From an uncultured Candidatus Saccharibacteria bacterium (GTDB lineage Bacteria; Patescibacteriota; Saccharimonadia; Saccharimonadales; JALRHH01): 64,000 bases of DNA. Made by a program: the position numbers and the translations under genes. Shown here piece after piece: positions 1 through 10,211 of this stretch; positions within the stretch are counted from its first letter, which is position 1; every line of letters starts with the position of its first letter. Location: the NCBI GenBank assembly GCA_964559915.1, contig CAZLJP010000004.1, positions 16,336 to 80,335 of the forward strand. The letters run 5' to 3'. Below the pieces are notes generated by a model. The model made no database searches, had not been told where the DNA came from, and saw nothing but the letters and a program-made list of their open reading frames with translations.

Positions 1-76
1 AGATAGCCAACATTAGAGTGCATACTCATATCAATACTTTACATGTTAACTATTAACAAGTAAAGAGTGCAGGGGA

Positions 77-856
77 CTAAAGTTGCTGGTACAAAGCGTA
101 CCACTGCTCAAGAGATAACTCTTGGGGGCGTGTGGTGGGGTTAATATTGGCGGCGGCTAGAAGCTTGGTCACAGCCGGCTTATCTATCTGAAGCCCCCCA
201 CTCAAACTATTCAGCAGCGTCTTGCGACGATTACTAAAACCCGCCTTCACCAGTCTGAAGAATTGTTTTGTATCAATATCAGGAAACAGTGGGGTGTCAC
301 GGCGTTTTAGGATAAGTACACGAGAATCTACCTTTGGTGGAGGCGTAAACAGATGCGCTGGCACAATTAACCCTGGCAAAGCCTGCCAATAATACTGTGC
401 TGTCACTGATAATAGCGACATATCGCCCGGCTCGGCGCTTACACGGTCGGCAACCTCTTTCTGAACCAGCAAGACCGCACAAGCCGGCTGATTTGTACTC
501 TCTGACAGTACGCGAATCAGCTTACTGGTGAGATAGTACGGGATATTAGCAACGACTTTGTAGTTGGCCGGCAGGCTCGTTAAATCAAAACTAAGGATAT
601 CTTGGTGGACGACTTCTAAGTTGCTCTCTGGCACGCGGCGCGCCAGCTCAGCTGCGAGCTTGTCATCAAACTCTACAGCCACTACTCGCCCCGCCCGCTC
701 ACAGAGCAGCTCAGTAAGTGTGCCCACGCCAGGGCCAATTTCAAGCACCGTATCATTGTCAGTCAGCTCGGCAGCGTCACAAATGGCAGACAGCGTCACA
801 AAATCGGTCAGCCAATGCTGACCCAAAGACTTCTTAGCAAACGGTAAATCTTTCAT
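77..856 (-). CDS. rsmA: 16S rRNA (adenine1518/1519-N6)-dimethyltransferase RsmA/KsgA
   Basis: KKSLGQHWLTD and the SAM-binding motif VLEIGPGVGTLT are typical of KsgA. The ATG at 856 gives a normal N-terminus. The longer track ORF (to 949) starts with TTG. Confidence 0.9.
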   Translation of the reverse strand: MKDLPFAKKSLGQHWLTDFVTLSAICDAAELTDNDTVLEIGPGVGTLTELLCERAGRVVAVEFDDKLAAELARRVPESNLEVVHQDILSFDLTSLPANYKVVANIPYYLTSKLIRVLSESTNQPACAVLLVQKEVADRVSAEPGDMSLLSVTAQYYWQALPGLIVPAHLFTPPPKVDSRVLILKRRDTPLFPDIDTKQFFRLVKAGFSNRRKTLLNSLSGGLQIDKPAVTKLLAAANINPTTRPQELSLEQWYALYQQL

Positions 857-973
857 TACCCGTATTGTACCAGCTACACTATCAGACTCACACGCTTCAC
901 ACTTGAGCCAATTTGGATATTCTGGTGCGAATCGCAGATTTACGCCCAAAACGTGCCAAGATTGAAGTTCAGT

Positions 974-2194
974 CTACCACCAGTGGTGGGAAAGCCAGAA
1001 GTTGTAGGCCCCCGCCCAACCACCATAGCGTGATGCATAGCCACTACACCAACGCAGCTGGGTAACCGGATTAGTCTGCCAGTCGCTGCCGGCAGTGGCC
1101 ATCTTTGACCCAGGCAATGCCTGGCATAGACCCCAAGTTTTTCCATTTGAGGCATTTACGCGCCAGCCGCTCTCACGACTCACGATATAGTTCACGTATG
1201 GGTAGTCTGACTTTGCGATACCAGCAGCGGCCATTACTGCCTCTTTGTCCGCAGGAATAAATACCGTTTTTCCACGAGCCACAATGCGCTTGACGGGCTC
1301 AACCGCTACAACTGACTGGATAACCTGACGACTGACTTCACGACCGTTTTCGGTCTTGAGCTGATAAGTTACCAGGCGCTTGCCTGCGCTGCCTTCTTGA
1401 CGTACCGCCGTACTACCAAACGAAAGTCGAGCGTCCTCAACCGTTTCTGTTGGCATAGCAATTGGCTCCTCTGCGGTGACAATCTGCACACCGTTACGTA
1501 CAACAAATACTTGTGTTTGGTCTGTAAGCGGAGTGTCGATGGATGGCTGAACGCTGTCATCTTTAGCTAGCTTAATTTTCTTTTCTTTGAGCAAATCGCC
1601 AACAGTTTTGACATGGGTACGAATAGGCGCAGGCGTGCCATACAGGTTGAGGTTCACAAGCGTTGCTCTATCGATGATTACCCGTTCACCAATACTACTA
1701 TCTTTGACAAAATCAGTAGCCGCTTCGACGTTTAGTGTGTCTTCTGGATAGACGGTAATACCCGCCTGGCTGGCGACACTGCGCGCCGTAGTAGCCGCAC
1801 TGTATGCAAAAGTTTTCTTACCATTGTCTACAACGGTAACAGGGCGAGCACGGTATATATTGATGCGGAATTTTTCCTCGAGGATTTCTGTCTCTTTGCT
1901 AGGCTCTACTACATCACCATCATGTAACTGCACGCCTGTTCGATTCAAAAATTCACCGACCGTTTTAGCTCGTGTTGGAAGCGTCTCTTGCTTTTTATCA
2001 TGGTTGAAAATAACTAGGTGGGAATCAGACGCCGTAACACGTTGGCCACCAGACAGAATAAATACCGCCGCGCCGATGGCGAACAAAACAAACATCGTGA
2101 CAATAGGGAGTACGAAGGGGTGCTTATGCCAGTTGTGCTTAGCCAGCCAACTGGCGCTGCGCTTGAATAGAGATTTTTTCTTGGATTTCGTCAT
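974..2194 (-). CDS. RpfB-like cell-wall protein (N-terminal TM, DUF348-type repeats, G5-like region, C-terminal lysozyme-like/aggregation-promoting-factor-type domain)
   Basis: N-terminal TM (FVLPIVTMFVLFAIGAAVFIL). Repeated V..GD.L....I.L...D segments. C-terminus YIVSRESGW...GLCQALPGSKM...WLSHHWW. Confidence 0.7.
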   Translation of the reverse strand: MTKSKKKSLFKRSASWLAKHNWHKHPFVLPIVTMFVLFAIGAAVFILSGGQRVTASDSHLVIFNHDKKQETLPTRAKTVGEFLNRTGVQLHDGDVVEPSKETEILEEKFRINIYRARPVTVVDNGKKTFAYSAATTARSVASQAGITVYPEDTLNVEAATDFVKDSSIGERVIIDRATLVNLNLYGTPAPIRTHVKTVGDLLKEKKIKLAKDDSVQPSIDTPLTDQTQVFVVRNGVQIVTAEEPIAMPTETVEDARLSFGSTAVRQEGSAGKRLVTYQLKTENGREVSRQVIQSVVAVEPVKRIVARGKTVFIPADKEAVMAAAGIAKSDYPYVNYIVSRESGWRVNASNGKTWGLCQALPGSKMATAGSDWQTNPVTQLRWCSGYASRYGGWAGAYNFWLSHHWW

Positions 2195-2260
2195 AAAATA
2201 TTGCTGTCATGGATAATTTCACCTCTGTAGATAAAATTACCGCACATATGAAAACAGTTC

Positions 2261-2752
2261 TTATGATACCAAGTTTTGGGCCGCCGACCAAGCCGCCAGA
2301 GCATCACGGACACTCGCAGTAGTGCCATGTGCACGGCCATTTACTGAGGCTATCGGGAGCCAGGCAACTTGCATAATTTCATGCTCTGGGATGTGCAGTT
2401 TAGGCATTGTAGCGAGCTGCACTGCAAACAAATAATGCTTTGTTGGCAGCCAGCCAGCTTGTCGAGAATGCTGCAATCCCAAATCCTGTAGCATATCTGG
2501 CTTCAGCTCAAGCTCTAGTTCCTCACCCGATTCACGAATTGCCGCATCCAGTGCAGCTTCGGCTGGGTGTATGCCGCCGCCCGGCAATGTCCAGCTACCT
2601 GAACCAAGCCAACTTTTCACAACCAGAACGTGGTCCTGATGCATGATTAGCACCCGAGCACGCGGGCGACTGATGATAACAAACACATAAATTCCGGGGT
2701 AACCTACCCAGAAACAAATATTTCCCCAGATTCTCCAAAGTAGCTTTTTCAT
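2261..2752 (-). CDS. NUDIX hydrolase
   Basis: Nudix box LPGGGIHPAEAALDAAIRESGEELEL. 4-nt overlap with the helicase gene upstream. Confidence 0.8.
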   Translation of the reverse strand: MKKLLWRIWGNICFWVGYPGIYVFVIISRPRARVLIMHQDHVLVVKSWLGSGSWTLPGGGIHPAEAALDAAIRESGEELELELKPDMLQDLGLQHSRQAGWLPTKHYLFAVQLATMPKLHIPEHEIMQVAWLPIASVNGRAHGTTASVRDALAAWSAAQNLVS

Positions 2753-4896
2753 AGCTTTTTAAGAGGCGCGAAGGCCGTGTTGAGTTTTTTCGTCCCCTTG
2801 CCCTTAAAATAAATAACTGCTGTTTCGCCCTGCATTTCCATCACCGTACCCCGGCCAAATACATCGTGCTGCACTGCATCACCTTCGCTAAGCTCCAGTA
2901 CATAGCTCACATCCTGGTTAATGTCATAACTGGCTGATTGGTCGTACGTATTCTGCCAGCTTGAACCACCGAGACTCACACTATCGACATGGAACGAACT
3001 ATCAATTTCACTTAGAAAGCGTGATGGTGGATTGTGCTGCATGCCGCCATATAACAACCGACCCGTAGCATAGCTCAGATATAACTCACTCTTGGCGCGC
3101 GTCATGCCTACGTAGCATAGGCGACGTTCTTCTTCCATTTCTGCTTGGTCATATAGTGCCCGCGAATGAGGAAAAATTGTTTCTTCCATGCCCGTCATAA
3201 ACACCACCGGGAATTCCAGGCCCTTGGCAGCATGCAATGTCATCAGTGTCACAACGTTAACACCGTTTTCCATACTGTCGACATCGCTTACCAGCGAAAC
3301 TTCCTCGAGGAATCCATCCAAACCGAGGTCCTGGTAGCTCTTGGCTACACTAATAAGTTCACGGACGTTTTCTTGGCGAGATTCGCCCTGGATAGTTTTA
3401 TCATCAAGATAGCTAAAGTAATTGATTCGGCGCAGCAAGCTTTCAATCAACGCTGGCAGAGGTGCCTCATCCAATGTTTGGCGTGCGCTACGCAGTATGT
3501 CGCCCAGTTCATGTAGGCCAAGCTTGGCCTTGCCGGTCAGAGCAGCACATTGTTCTACGCCTTCGAGTGCTGCCTGCAAACCCAGACCATTTGCAGCTTG
3601 CCAGTCGTAGAAATTTTGCAAGGATTTAGTACCAATACCACGGGTCGGTACATTTACCACGCGTTCAAAGCTGACACGGTCCTCTGGCTGATACATCAGC
3701 CGCAGATATGCCAGTACGTCTTTGATTTCTTTGCGGTCGTAGAACCGCTGGCCACCTACGATACGGTAAGGCACACCATATCGTACAAATGCTTCTTCTA
3801 CAGAACGACTCTGGGCATTGGTGCGATACAACACCGCAAAATCCTGATAATTCCGAAAGCGCGCATCGACTGCATTTTTAACGCGGCGCACAATGCCCTC
3901 GGCTTCGGCCCGTTCGTTGGCAACTTGAATCACATCAACCGGTTTGCCACCGGTACTGTTGGTCCACAATTTTTTGTCAGAACGTTGGTCATTTTTGCTA
4001 ATTACTGCGTGTGCCGCATCAAGAATTTCTTTAGTGCTCCGGTAGTTCTGCTCTAGCTTCACAATGGTGGCTTTGGGATTATCTTTTTCGAAGTTCAAGA
4101 TATTACGGAAATCTGCCCCGCGCCAGCTATAGATACTTTGCCAGTCATCACCCACCACAGCGATGTTATTATTCTGATTGGTTAATAGTTTGACTAAGCG
4201 ATATTGCGCTGCGTTGGTGTCCTGGTACTCGTCAATCATGACGTAGTGGAACTGCCGGCGCCAGTTGTCGCGAATATCAGTATGGGTTTCTAGCAAATGA
4301 ACGGTGCGAGCAATCAAATCGTCAAAATCAAGCGCACCCGCGTTCTTTAGAATGGTTTGGTACAACGGATATACCTGAGCCGCGGCTTTCTGGACAGGGC
4401 TACTAGAGCCATATTCACCTGGTGTGACAAGCTCGTTCTTAGCGTTGCTAATGTAGGATGACAGAGTGCGGGCAGGAAAACTTTTTTCATCCAACATCAA
4501 TTGTTTACTAGCTTGTTTGATAGCAGTCTGACGGTCTGATTCGTCAAAGATTACAAAGTTTGAAGGGATGCCGATTGCTTGGCCATTCTGGCGCAGTAAC
4601 CGCACGCAAATACTATGGAAGGTACCCATGTATGGCATGAAGCTACGGTTATCAGGGTTTTGGCCCAGCAATGTAGCCACGCGTTCGCGCATTTCGCGGG
4701 CTGCCTTATTAGTAAACGTCACTGCCAAAATTTGTGGTGGCGCAGCTTTGCCGGTGGCAATGAGGTACGCAATACGGTGGGTTAGGGTTTTGGTTTTACC
4801 CGAACCAGCGCCGGCCAGAATTAAAAGAGGGCCTTCGGTAGCAGCCACAGCGCGTGCTTGCTCGTCGTTTAGCCCAGCGGTAAAGTCATCTATCAC
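2749..4896 (-). CDS. uvrD: ATP-dependent DNA helicase, UvrD/PcrA family
   Basis: Walker A AGAGSGKTKTL, DEYQDT, and QNYRST and VTLMTLHAAKGLEF motifs over 715 aa. Confidence 0.92.
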   Translation of the reverse strand: MIDDFTAGLNDEQARAVAATEGPLLILAGAGSGKTKTLTHRIAYLIATGKAAPPQILAVTFTNKAAREMRERVATLLGQNPDNRSFMPYMGTFHSICVRLLRQNGQAIGIPSNFVIFDESDRQTAIKQASKQLMLDEKSFPARTLSSYISNAKNELVTPGEYGSSSPVQKAAAQVYPLYQTILKNAGALDFDDLIARTVHLLETHTDIRDNWRRQFHYVMIDEYQDTNAAQYRLVKLLTNQNNNIAVVGDDWQSIYSWRGADFRNILNFEKDNPKATIVKLEQNYRSTKEILDAAHAVISKNDQRSDKKLWTNSTGGKPVDVIQVANERAEAEGIVRRVKNAVDARFRNYQDFAVLYRTNAQSRSVEEAFVRYGVPYRIVGGQRFYDRKEIKDVLAYLRLMYQPEDRVSFERVVNVPTRGIGTKSLQNFYDWQAANGLGLQAALEGVEQCAALTGKAKLGLHELGDILRSARQTLDEAPLPALIESLLRRINYFSYLDDKTIQGESRQENVRELISVAKSYQDLGLDGFLEEVSLVSDVDSMENGVNVVTLMTLHAAKGLEFPVVFMTGMEETIFPHSRALYDQAEMEEERRLCYVGMTRAKSELYLSYATGRLLYGGMQHNPPSRFLSEIDSSFHVDSVSLGGSSWQNTYDQSASYDINQDVSYVLELSEGDAVQHDVFGRGTVMEMQGETAVIYFKGKGTKKLNTAFAPLKKL

Positions 4897-5015
4897 TGGT
4901 TTATTATACGTGCATAATCTACGGCTGAAAAGGCGTAGATTTAATCTGCTTAAAGAGCGGATTGGCGAGCTTTAGCTCGGTAGCGCGGATATCCAGCAGC
5001 CTAGGGCTGTAAGCC

Positions 5016-5576
5016 CTAAGGCGCTGATTTTAGCAGGTCAAAAGGTAGTTGTATGTCTGTATTAATTACATCAGCATCAATGGCCAGTACCACGCCAACC
5101 AGCAAAATTAACAGTGCTACGAATAGACCTAGCTCAATACGGTGAGTCCGTTTTTTTGCAGCTACACCAATTGGTACAAAATATTTTTTAGACTGAACGA
5201 GTTGTTCAACAAGCTCAAGCCGTTTATGTAGGACATCAGCATCCTTTTCGGCCTGCTTTTTGTCACCCGCACGCTCAACTACCGCATCAACTACTGCCTG
5301 GTCACTGATTGCGGCATCTTCAACATCTTTCTTGGCCGGCTCAGGCTGGGTGCTCGCTACTGGAGCTTGCTCACTCAGCGGTTTAACCACTTTACTAGTA
5401 GGCCGGGTAAGTTTCTCTGCACTTTGCTGTTCGGCTGGTTTTGCTTCATCAGCAGCCATCATTGGGTCTTTGAGGGGTATGCCGTGGCCGACGATAATGG
5501 GACGTGAAGTAGCGGCAGCTGGTGTCTTACCTGGCTTCTGGATATCGGTAATTGGTTTTGCTGGTTTTTCTGCCAT
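5016..5576 (-). CDS. hypothetical tail-anchored membrane protein (Ala/Pro/Lys-rich)
   Basis: Low-complexity N-terminal part and a single C-terminal TM (LGLFVALLILLVGVVLAI). No recognisable domain. Confidence 0.5.
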   Translation of the reverse strand: MAEKPAKPITDIQKPGKTPAAATSRPIIVGHGIPLKDPMMAADEAKPAEQQSAEKLTRPTSKVVKPLSEQAPVASTQPEPAKKDVEDAAISDQAVVDAVVERAGDKKQAEKDADVLHKRLELVEQLVQSKKYFVPIGVAAKKRTHRIELGLFVALLILLVGVVLAIDADVINTDIQLPFDLLKSAP

Positions 5577-5581
5577 AGGAT

Positions 5582-6373
5582 TTAATCTTTTAATTCGTGT
5601 TGTAACTTGTCGGCAGCGGCTACGATGCCCGAGAACTTATGATAATTGAGACTAGCTCCGCCAACGAGGACACCATCACAGCCGTTGATTTCCATGTAGC
5701 CACGAGCCAATTGCTCATCAACACTGCCACCGTACAGTACACGAACTGCTTTAGCAGCCTTGGCACCGTATAGTTCGTGAACTTGGTGCCTAATAAAATC
5801 AAATTGTTTCTGGATATCACTTGGCTTGGCTAACTCACCACCAAAGGTACTAATTGCCCAAACGGGCTCATAGGCAATAACGATGTTCTCAATTTCACCG
5901 GCCGTGAGATTACTTAGTGCAGTGGTAATCTGATCATGAAGCACTTGTTTGGTCTCGCCATTATGACGCTCGTCATGGGTTTCGCCCACACATAACACGG
6001 GAGTTATCTCGTTGCGCACAGCAGCTGCTACTTTGTCGCGAATCGTATCCAGTGATTCATGAAAATGAATACGGCGCTCGGAGTGCCCAATAATAACGTA
6101 ATGTACGAGGTCGCGCAGCATCGTGAAGCTGACTTCGCCCGTATATGCACCTTCGTCCTTGTGAAAGGCGTTCTGCGCAGCCAGGCGGAATTTGCGTCGA
6201 TCAATCTGCATGCTCAGCGGCTGCAACACAAGTAGGCTTGGTGCTAATACTACTTCGATATCGCGGTGAATCTTAATACGCTCATGGAGACGGTGTAGTA
6301 ACAAACTAGCCTGGGAAGTATTAAGATGCATCTTCCAATTACCGATGATGAGTTTTTTACGTATGGTGTTCAT
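5582..6373 (-). CDS. tpiA: triosephosphate isomerase
   Basis: IIGNWKMH, GHSERR, AYEPVWAI and YGGSV motifs. The internal ATG at 6373 (MNTIRKKLIIGNWKMH) avoids a 47-nt overlap with pgk. Confidence 0.92.
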   Translation of the reverse strand: MNTIRKKLIIGNWKMHLNTSQASLLLHRLHERIKIHRDIEVVLAPSLLVLQPLSMQIDRRKFRLAAQNAFHKDEGAYTGEVSFTMLRDLVHYVIIGHSERRIHFHESLDTIRDKVAAAVRNEITPVLCVGETHDERHNGETKQVLHDQITTALSNLTAGEIENIVIAYEPVWAISTFGGELAKPSDIQKQFDFIRHQVHELYGAKAAKAVRVLYGGSVDEQLARGYMEINGCDGVLVGGASLNYHKFSGIVAAADKLQHELKD

Positions 6374-6389
6374 ATTGCTTATGGATATC

Positions 6390-7682
6390 CTACTCTTTAT
6401 TGCGCAGTGCTTCAACACCAGGTAGTTTTTTGCCACTCATGAGCTCCAGGCTCGCACCACCGCCAGTTGATACATGGTTGAAGCTATTGATGAGCCCCCG
6501 CTCCTGAATATAGCCCACAGTATCACCACCACCCAACAGCGTAAACGGCTTGTTACCAAATTGCCCAAGCATGGACTCAACAATCAGTTCCGTACCGTGC
6601 GAGAAGGGTCCAACCGGGCCTTGTAGGCCTGTCGTCTCGGTTACGCCCATGGCACCATTCCAAATAACCGTGCCAGCAAGCTGCATAGAGCCGGCAATGA
6701 ACGCACCGGAGAACGGGCCAACATCAAGAATCAACTCATCATCAGCCACAGTACCGGTTTGCGCAGATGGTGTTTTGGGATAGGCTTCTATGTTAGCAAT
6801 CACGTGGGCGCTATAATCTACGATTCTGGTTGGTTTTGTGCCATCCACAGCCGTGGATACGACAGCGTCTTGCGGCAGATAAAACACAAACTTTTGTTTG
6901 GCAGCTTTAGCCCTGGCCTTGGCCACAATATCCTTGGCCAGTGGCACATCATCAGGCTCGGCCTTACTTTTGCCAATTTCTATGCCCTCAGCCAATAAAA
7001 ATGTGTTGGCCATAGCACCGCCAACTACGACAATGTCAGCAATATCAATGAAGCGATTCAAAATACCAATCTTGTCAGCAATCTTGGCGCCGCCAATAAT
7101 AGCCATCAATGGCCGAGTAGGCTGTTCCATGGCACTGGTAATAGTATCGACTTCTTTTTCGAGCAGTAGGCCAGCCACACTTGGGATATACTTTGGGACT
7201 TCTGACACTGATACAGAACCGTGATGCACGACACCAAAGGCATCCTGCACAAATATATCGGCACACGATGCCAATTGCTTGGCAAATGCTTGATTGTTGG
7301 TTTCTTCGCCAGCGTTAAAACGAATATTTTCCAGCAGCAGCACGCCGCCAGGCTTCAGCTCACCAATATTTTTTTCTACTGCCGGACCTACGCAGTCATC
7401 CGCAAAGGCAACTGGTTTCTTAAGCAATTCACTCAGACGTTCGGCGCATGGTTTCAGGCTTAGCTTGCTGTCACGCTTGCCATCTGGGCGCCCCAAATGT
7501 GAGCAAAGAATAATTTTGCACTTTTGTTCTATCAGATATTCAAGTGTGGGCAGTGATTGCTTGATACGGTAGTCGTCAGTAATAGCGCCGTTGTCATCAA
7601 GTGGCACATTGTAATCAACTCGCACCAAAACTGTCTTGCCAGCTAGTTTGATGTCACGAATTGTCTGTTTAGTAAAACTCAT
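6390..7682 (-). CDS. pgk: phosphoglycerate kinase
   Basis: VRVDYNVPL, CSHLGRP, LLENIRFN and STGGGASLE motifs. Confidence 0.95.
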   Translation of the reverse strand: MSFTKQTIRDIKLAGKTVLVRVDYNVPLDDNGAITDDYRIKQSLPTLEYLIEQKCKIILCSHLGRPDGKRDSKLSLKPCAERLSELLKKPVAFADDCVGPAVEKNIGELKPGGVLLLENIRFNAGEETNNQAFAKQLASCADIFVQDAFGVVHHGSVSVSEVPKYIPSVAGLLLEKEVDTITSAMEQPTRPLMAIIGGAKIADKIGILNRFIDIADIVVVGGAMANTFLLAEGIEIGKSKAEPDDVPLAKDIVAKARAKAAKQKFVFYLPQDAVVSTAVDGTKPTRIVDYSAHVIANIEAYPKTPSAQTGTVADDELILDVGPFSGAFIAGSMQLAGTVIWNGAMGVTETTGLQGPVGPFSHGTELIVESMLGQFGNKPFTLLGGGDTVGYIQERGLINSFNHVSTGGGASLELMSGKKLPGVEALRNKE

Positions 7683-7699
7683 TTGCCCACCCTACTCTT

Positions 7700-9133
7700 C
7701 TAGTCTAGCGCCCGAACCTTGATGGTATCGGTAGTGCCTACTACTCCAGGATATTTACCAGAGGCAGTGATAATGATATCGCCTTTTTGGAACAGCTTAG
7801 CAGTACGCAGCCAATCAGTTAGCTTACTGGCGGCGTATTTTTCTACCGGGCGGACATAGCTTTTGGTGCCATACAATAATGCAAGTTGGTTGGCGGTTAG
7901 TTCGTCTGACGTCACCGCAATCAGTGGTATAGCCGAACGATGGGCTGCCACGCTACGTGCCGTGGCACCAGTTAATGTCTCTGCTACGATTGCCGTAGCG
8001 CCAAGGTTCTCGGCCAGGGCAATAACTGCCCCGCTAATTGCCGCTTGCTTGTCGGTTCGTTTGGTGTCTGGCAGTGTATCGGTTGTGTCGTTTTCTTGCG
8101 CATATAAAATAACTCGCTTCATAATATTGACTGCTTCTATAGGATACGAACCGTTGGCAGTCTCGTCACTCAGCATCACCGCATCAGTCCCCAGTATTAC
8201 GGCCGTTGCCACATCAGATACCTCTGCCCGGGTTGGCTCAGGCATATCGGTCATACTAGCGAGCATCTGGGTCGCAACAATCACTGGCTTGGCATGCTTA
8301 AGACCTAGTGCAATTATACGGCGCTGCACGATTGGTACGGATTCAGGTAATGTTTCGATAGCCAAATCGCCCCGTGCCACCATTACAGCATCTGTCTCTA
8401 GCATAATTCGTTCAATATTATCGACGGCTGCCTTGGTTTCTATTTTGGCTATGATTTTGGCACGACTACCCAGACCCTTGAGCAACGTCTTGAGCTTACG
8501 AATGTCTTGCTCTGTCTGCACAAAACTGAGTGCCACATAGTCAACGTCATGGGTCGAGCCAAACGCAATGTCTTTTTTATCTTTCAGCGTAATGATATCC
8601 CCGCCAAAATCAGTGTCAGGCAAGTTAATACCCTTACGTTTTACCAAAATACCAGCGTTTTCGGCACGAGCGTGCACTACACCATCGGTTACACTTGTGA
8701 CAGTAGTGCGGACCTTGCCGTCAAAGAGGTACAGTCGCTCACCGCGCTTCACCTTCTTACTCAAATCATACTGCGTAGGGATACAGCCCGAGCGTTCTAA
8801 GTCGGCGTTATATTTAAACTGTAGGTCTTGTCCGGTTTGAACATTGATAATGCCGTCAAAATCACCCAAGCGAATCTTTGGTCCCTGCAAATCTTGTACA
8901 ATCGCAATTGGTTTGCCGTATTCAGCACTGGCCTTGCGAATCCACTCAATCTGCTGCTCACGCTCCTCGAAGCTGCCATGGCTAAAGTTAAGCCGAATGC
9001 CGTTAGCACCAGCCGTAATCAGCTGCAGTATCTTTTCGTAATCATTAGTAGCTGGACCAACTGTGGCCAGAATCTTGGTACGTTTGAAATGGTCAATCGG
9101 CACATTGGGTGCCTGTGAGGTAGTCCGCTGCAT
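7700..9133 (-). CDS. pyk: pyruvate kinase
   Basis: KILATVGPAT, NFSHG, MVARGDL and DAVMLSDETANG motifs. Confidence 0.95.
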   Translation of the reverse strand: MQRTTSQAPNVPIDHFKRTKILATVGPATNDYEKILQLITAGANGIRLNFSHGSFEEREQQIEWIRKASAEYGKPIAIVQDLQGPKIRLGDFDGIINVQTGQDLQFKYNADLERSGCIPTQYDLSKKVKRGERLYLFDGKVRTTVTSVTDGVVHARAENAGILVKRKGINLPDTDFGGDIITLKDKKDIAFGSTHDVDYVALSFVQTEQDIRKLKTLLKGLGSRAKIIAKIETKAAVDNIERIMLETDAVMVARGDLAIETLPESVPIVQRRIIALGLKHAKPVIVATQMLASMTDMPEPTRAEVSDVATAVILGTDAVMLSDETANGSYPIEAVNIMKRVILYAQENDTTDTLPDTKRTDKQAAISGAVIALAENLGATAIVAETLTGATARSVAAHRSAIPLIAVTSDELTANQLALLYGTKSYVRPVEKYAASKLTDWLRTAKLFQKGDIIITASGKYPGVVGTTDTIKVRALD

Positions 9134-9378
9134 CTTACCTACTAGTGTAACTGTTTATGCTTGTTTTTGAAAGAAGTGGGACAGGGCTTACTACCAAATT
9201 AAAAAGCCCTACCTTTTGGGTAGAGCTTCTTAATTTGGTGAACCTTGAACCCTCGGTTTTTAACCCACTTGTGGCGGAGATAGTTCGTTGGAATGAGGTT
9301 ATACGCAATATCAGCGTAAAGGCTGAACTGTTAAAGGCTTGTTAGGACTTAGTTGTTATACTCCTGCAGGGAGTAGAA

Positions 9379-9825
9379 CTATCTTAGTTCCGAGATGCGA
9401 TTGTTAATGGCTTTCCTTACCTCTTGTATCCAGTCTGCAAACTCATCCCAACCATTTTGGCGTGCAGTGTATTCATCTTGGTCCAGCCAGTCATTGGCAA
9501 GTACATCTAAGTAATCAACACCCTCATTAAAGCCCGCATCCCAATATATGGTATATTTATCGAACTCGAATTGAGCCTTATTTTGCTCGGTAACTAACCT
9601 ACTTCCACTATAAAGCCATTCTTCCTGGTTCTTCTGCCACTCATTAGATAAACGAATTGCCTTTTGAATCTCAGGAATGTTGTCAAAATCAGTCTCCATA
9701 CCAAGATGACCTTCAAGACTTATCGGATCTTTTATGTCTTTTGGGGATACTACCTTGAATGCTGCCTCAAAGGCATCCACTACATCCTGTCGTACTACTA
9801 TGTCAGGTGTCGTTTCGTAAGTCAT
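9379..9825 (-). CDS. hypothetical acidic cytoplasmic protein
   Basis: 148-aa ORF with no TM and no recognisable motif. A hairpin (TACTCCCTGCAGGAGTA) follows the stop. Confidence 0.45.
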   Translation of the reverse strand: MTYETTPDIVVRQDVVDAFEAAFKVVSPKDIKDPISLEGHLGMETDFDNIPEIQKAIRLSNEWQKNQEEWLYSGSRLVTEQNKAQFEFDKYTIYWDAGFNEGVDYLDVLANDWLDQDEYTARQNGWDEFADWIQEVRKAINNRISELR

Positions 9826-9874
9826 GCCTAAATCATAGCACCTTATGTAGAAAATCGAACCCAGTTAACAGGTA

Positions 9875-9918
9875 CAAAAAAGCACCCTACTCCAAAACAT
9901 GGAATACGGGTGCTTTTT
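9875..9918 (-). terminator. intrinsic terminator after tRNA-Glu
   Basis: Minus strand has AAAAAGCACCC...GGGTGCTTTTTTGT (GCACCC/GGGTGC stem plus T tract). Confidence 0.6.
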
Positions 9919-9937
9919 CTAATCTGTAATTCTCTTC

Positions 9938-10012
9938 TGGTGATCTCGAGGGGAATCGAACCCCTGTTACCAGGATGAAAACCTGGTGTCCTAACCGTTA
10001 GACGACGAGACC
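9938..10012 (-). tRNA. tRNA-Glu (anticodon TTC), CCA encoded
   Basis: Hand-folded cloverleaf: GGTCTCG/CGAGATC acceptor, anticodon arm CCAGG-TTTTCAT-CCTGG, T-arm AGGGG-TTCGATT-CCCCT, then ACCA. Confidence 0.9.
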
Positions 10013-10211
10013 CTAAATATGCCGGTGGCATATTTTGTAGACACGAGCGAAGCGTCGTTAGTACAACTTTCTCGGACTATGATTTTCAAAAATCTAGACC
10101 GAAAAATTGTAACATAACAGGGGCCAAATGAAAACCCCTCCCGCATATAACGAGAGGGGTTTTTGGCAGAGGTTTGGCAGAAGCCAACTCCTAGAGTCGG
10201 TCAGTCAAACC

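Noticed and set aside
7863-8540. 225-aa plus-strand ORF antisense to pyk, and similar ORFs opposite pgk, uvrD and others
   Set aside because: No motifs are present, and the opposite frames encode unmistakable conserved enzymes.
10014-10034. Perfect palindrome AAATATGCC-GGT-GGCATATTT immediately upstream of the tRNA-Glu 5' end
   Set aside because: It could be an operator or the terminator of the upstream surface-protein gene region. As a single occurrence with no way to discriminate, it is not reported as a finding.
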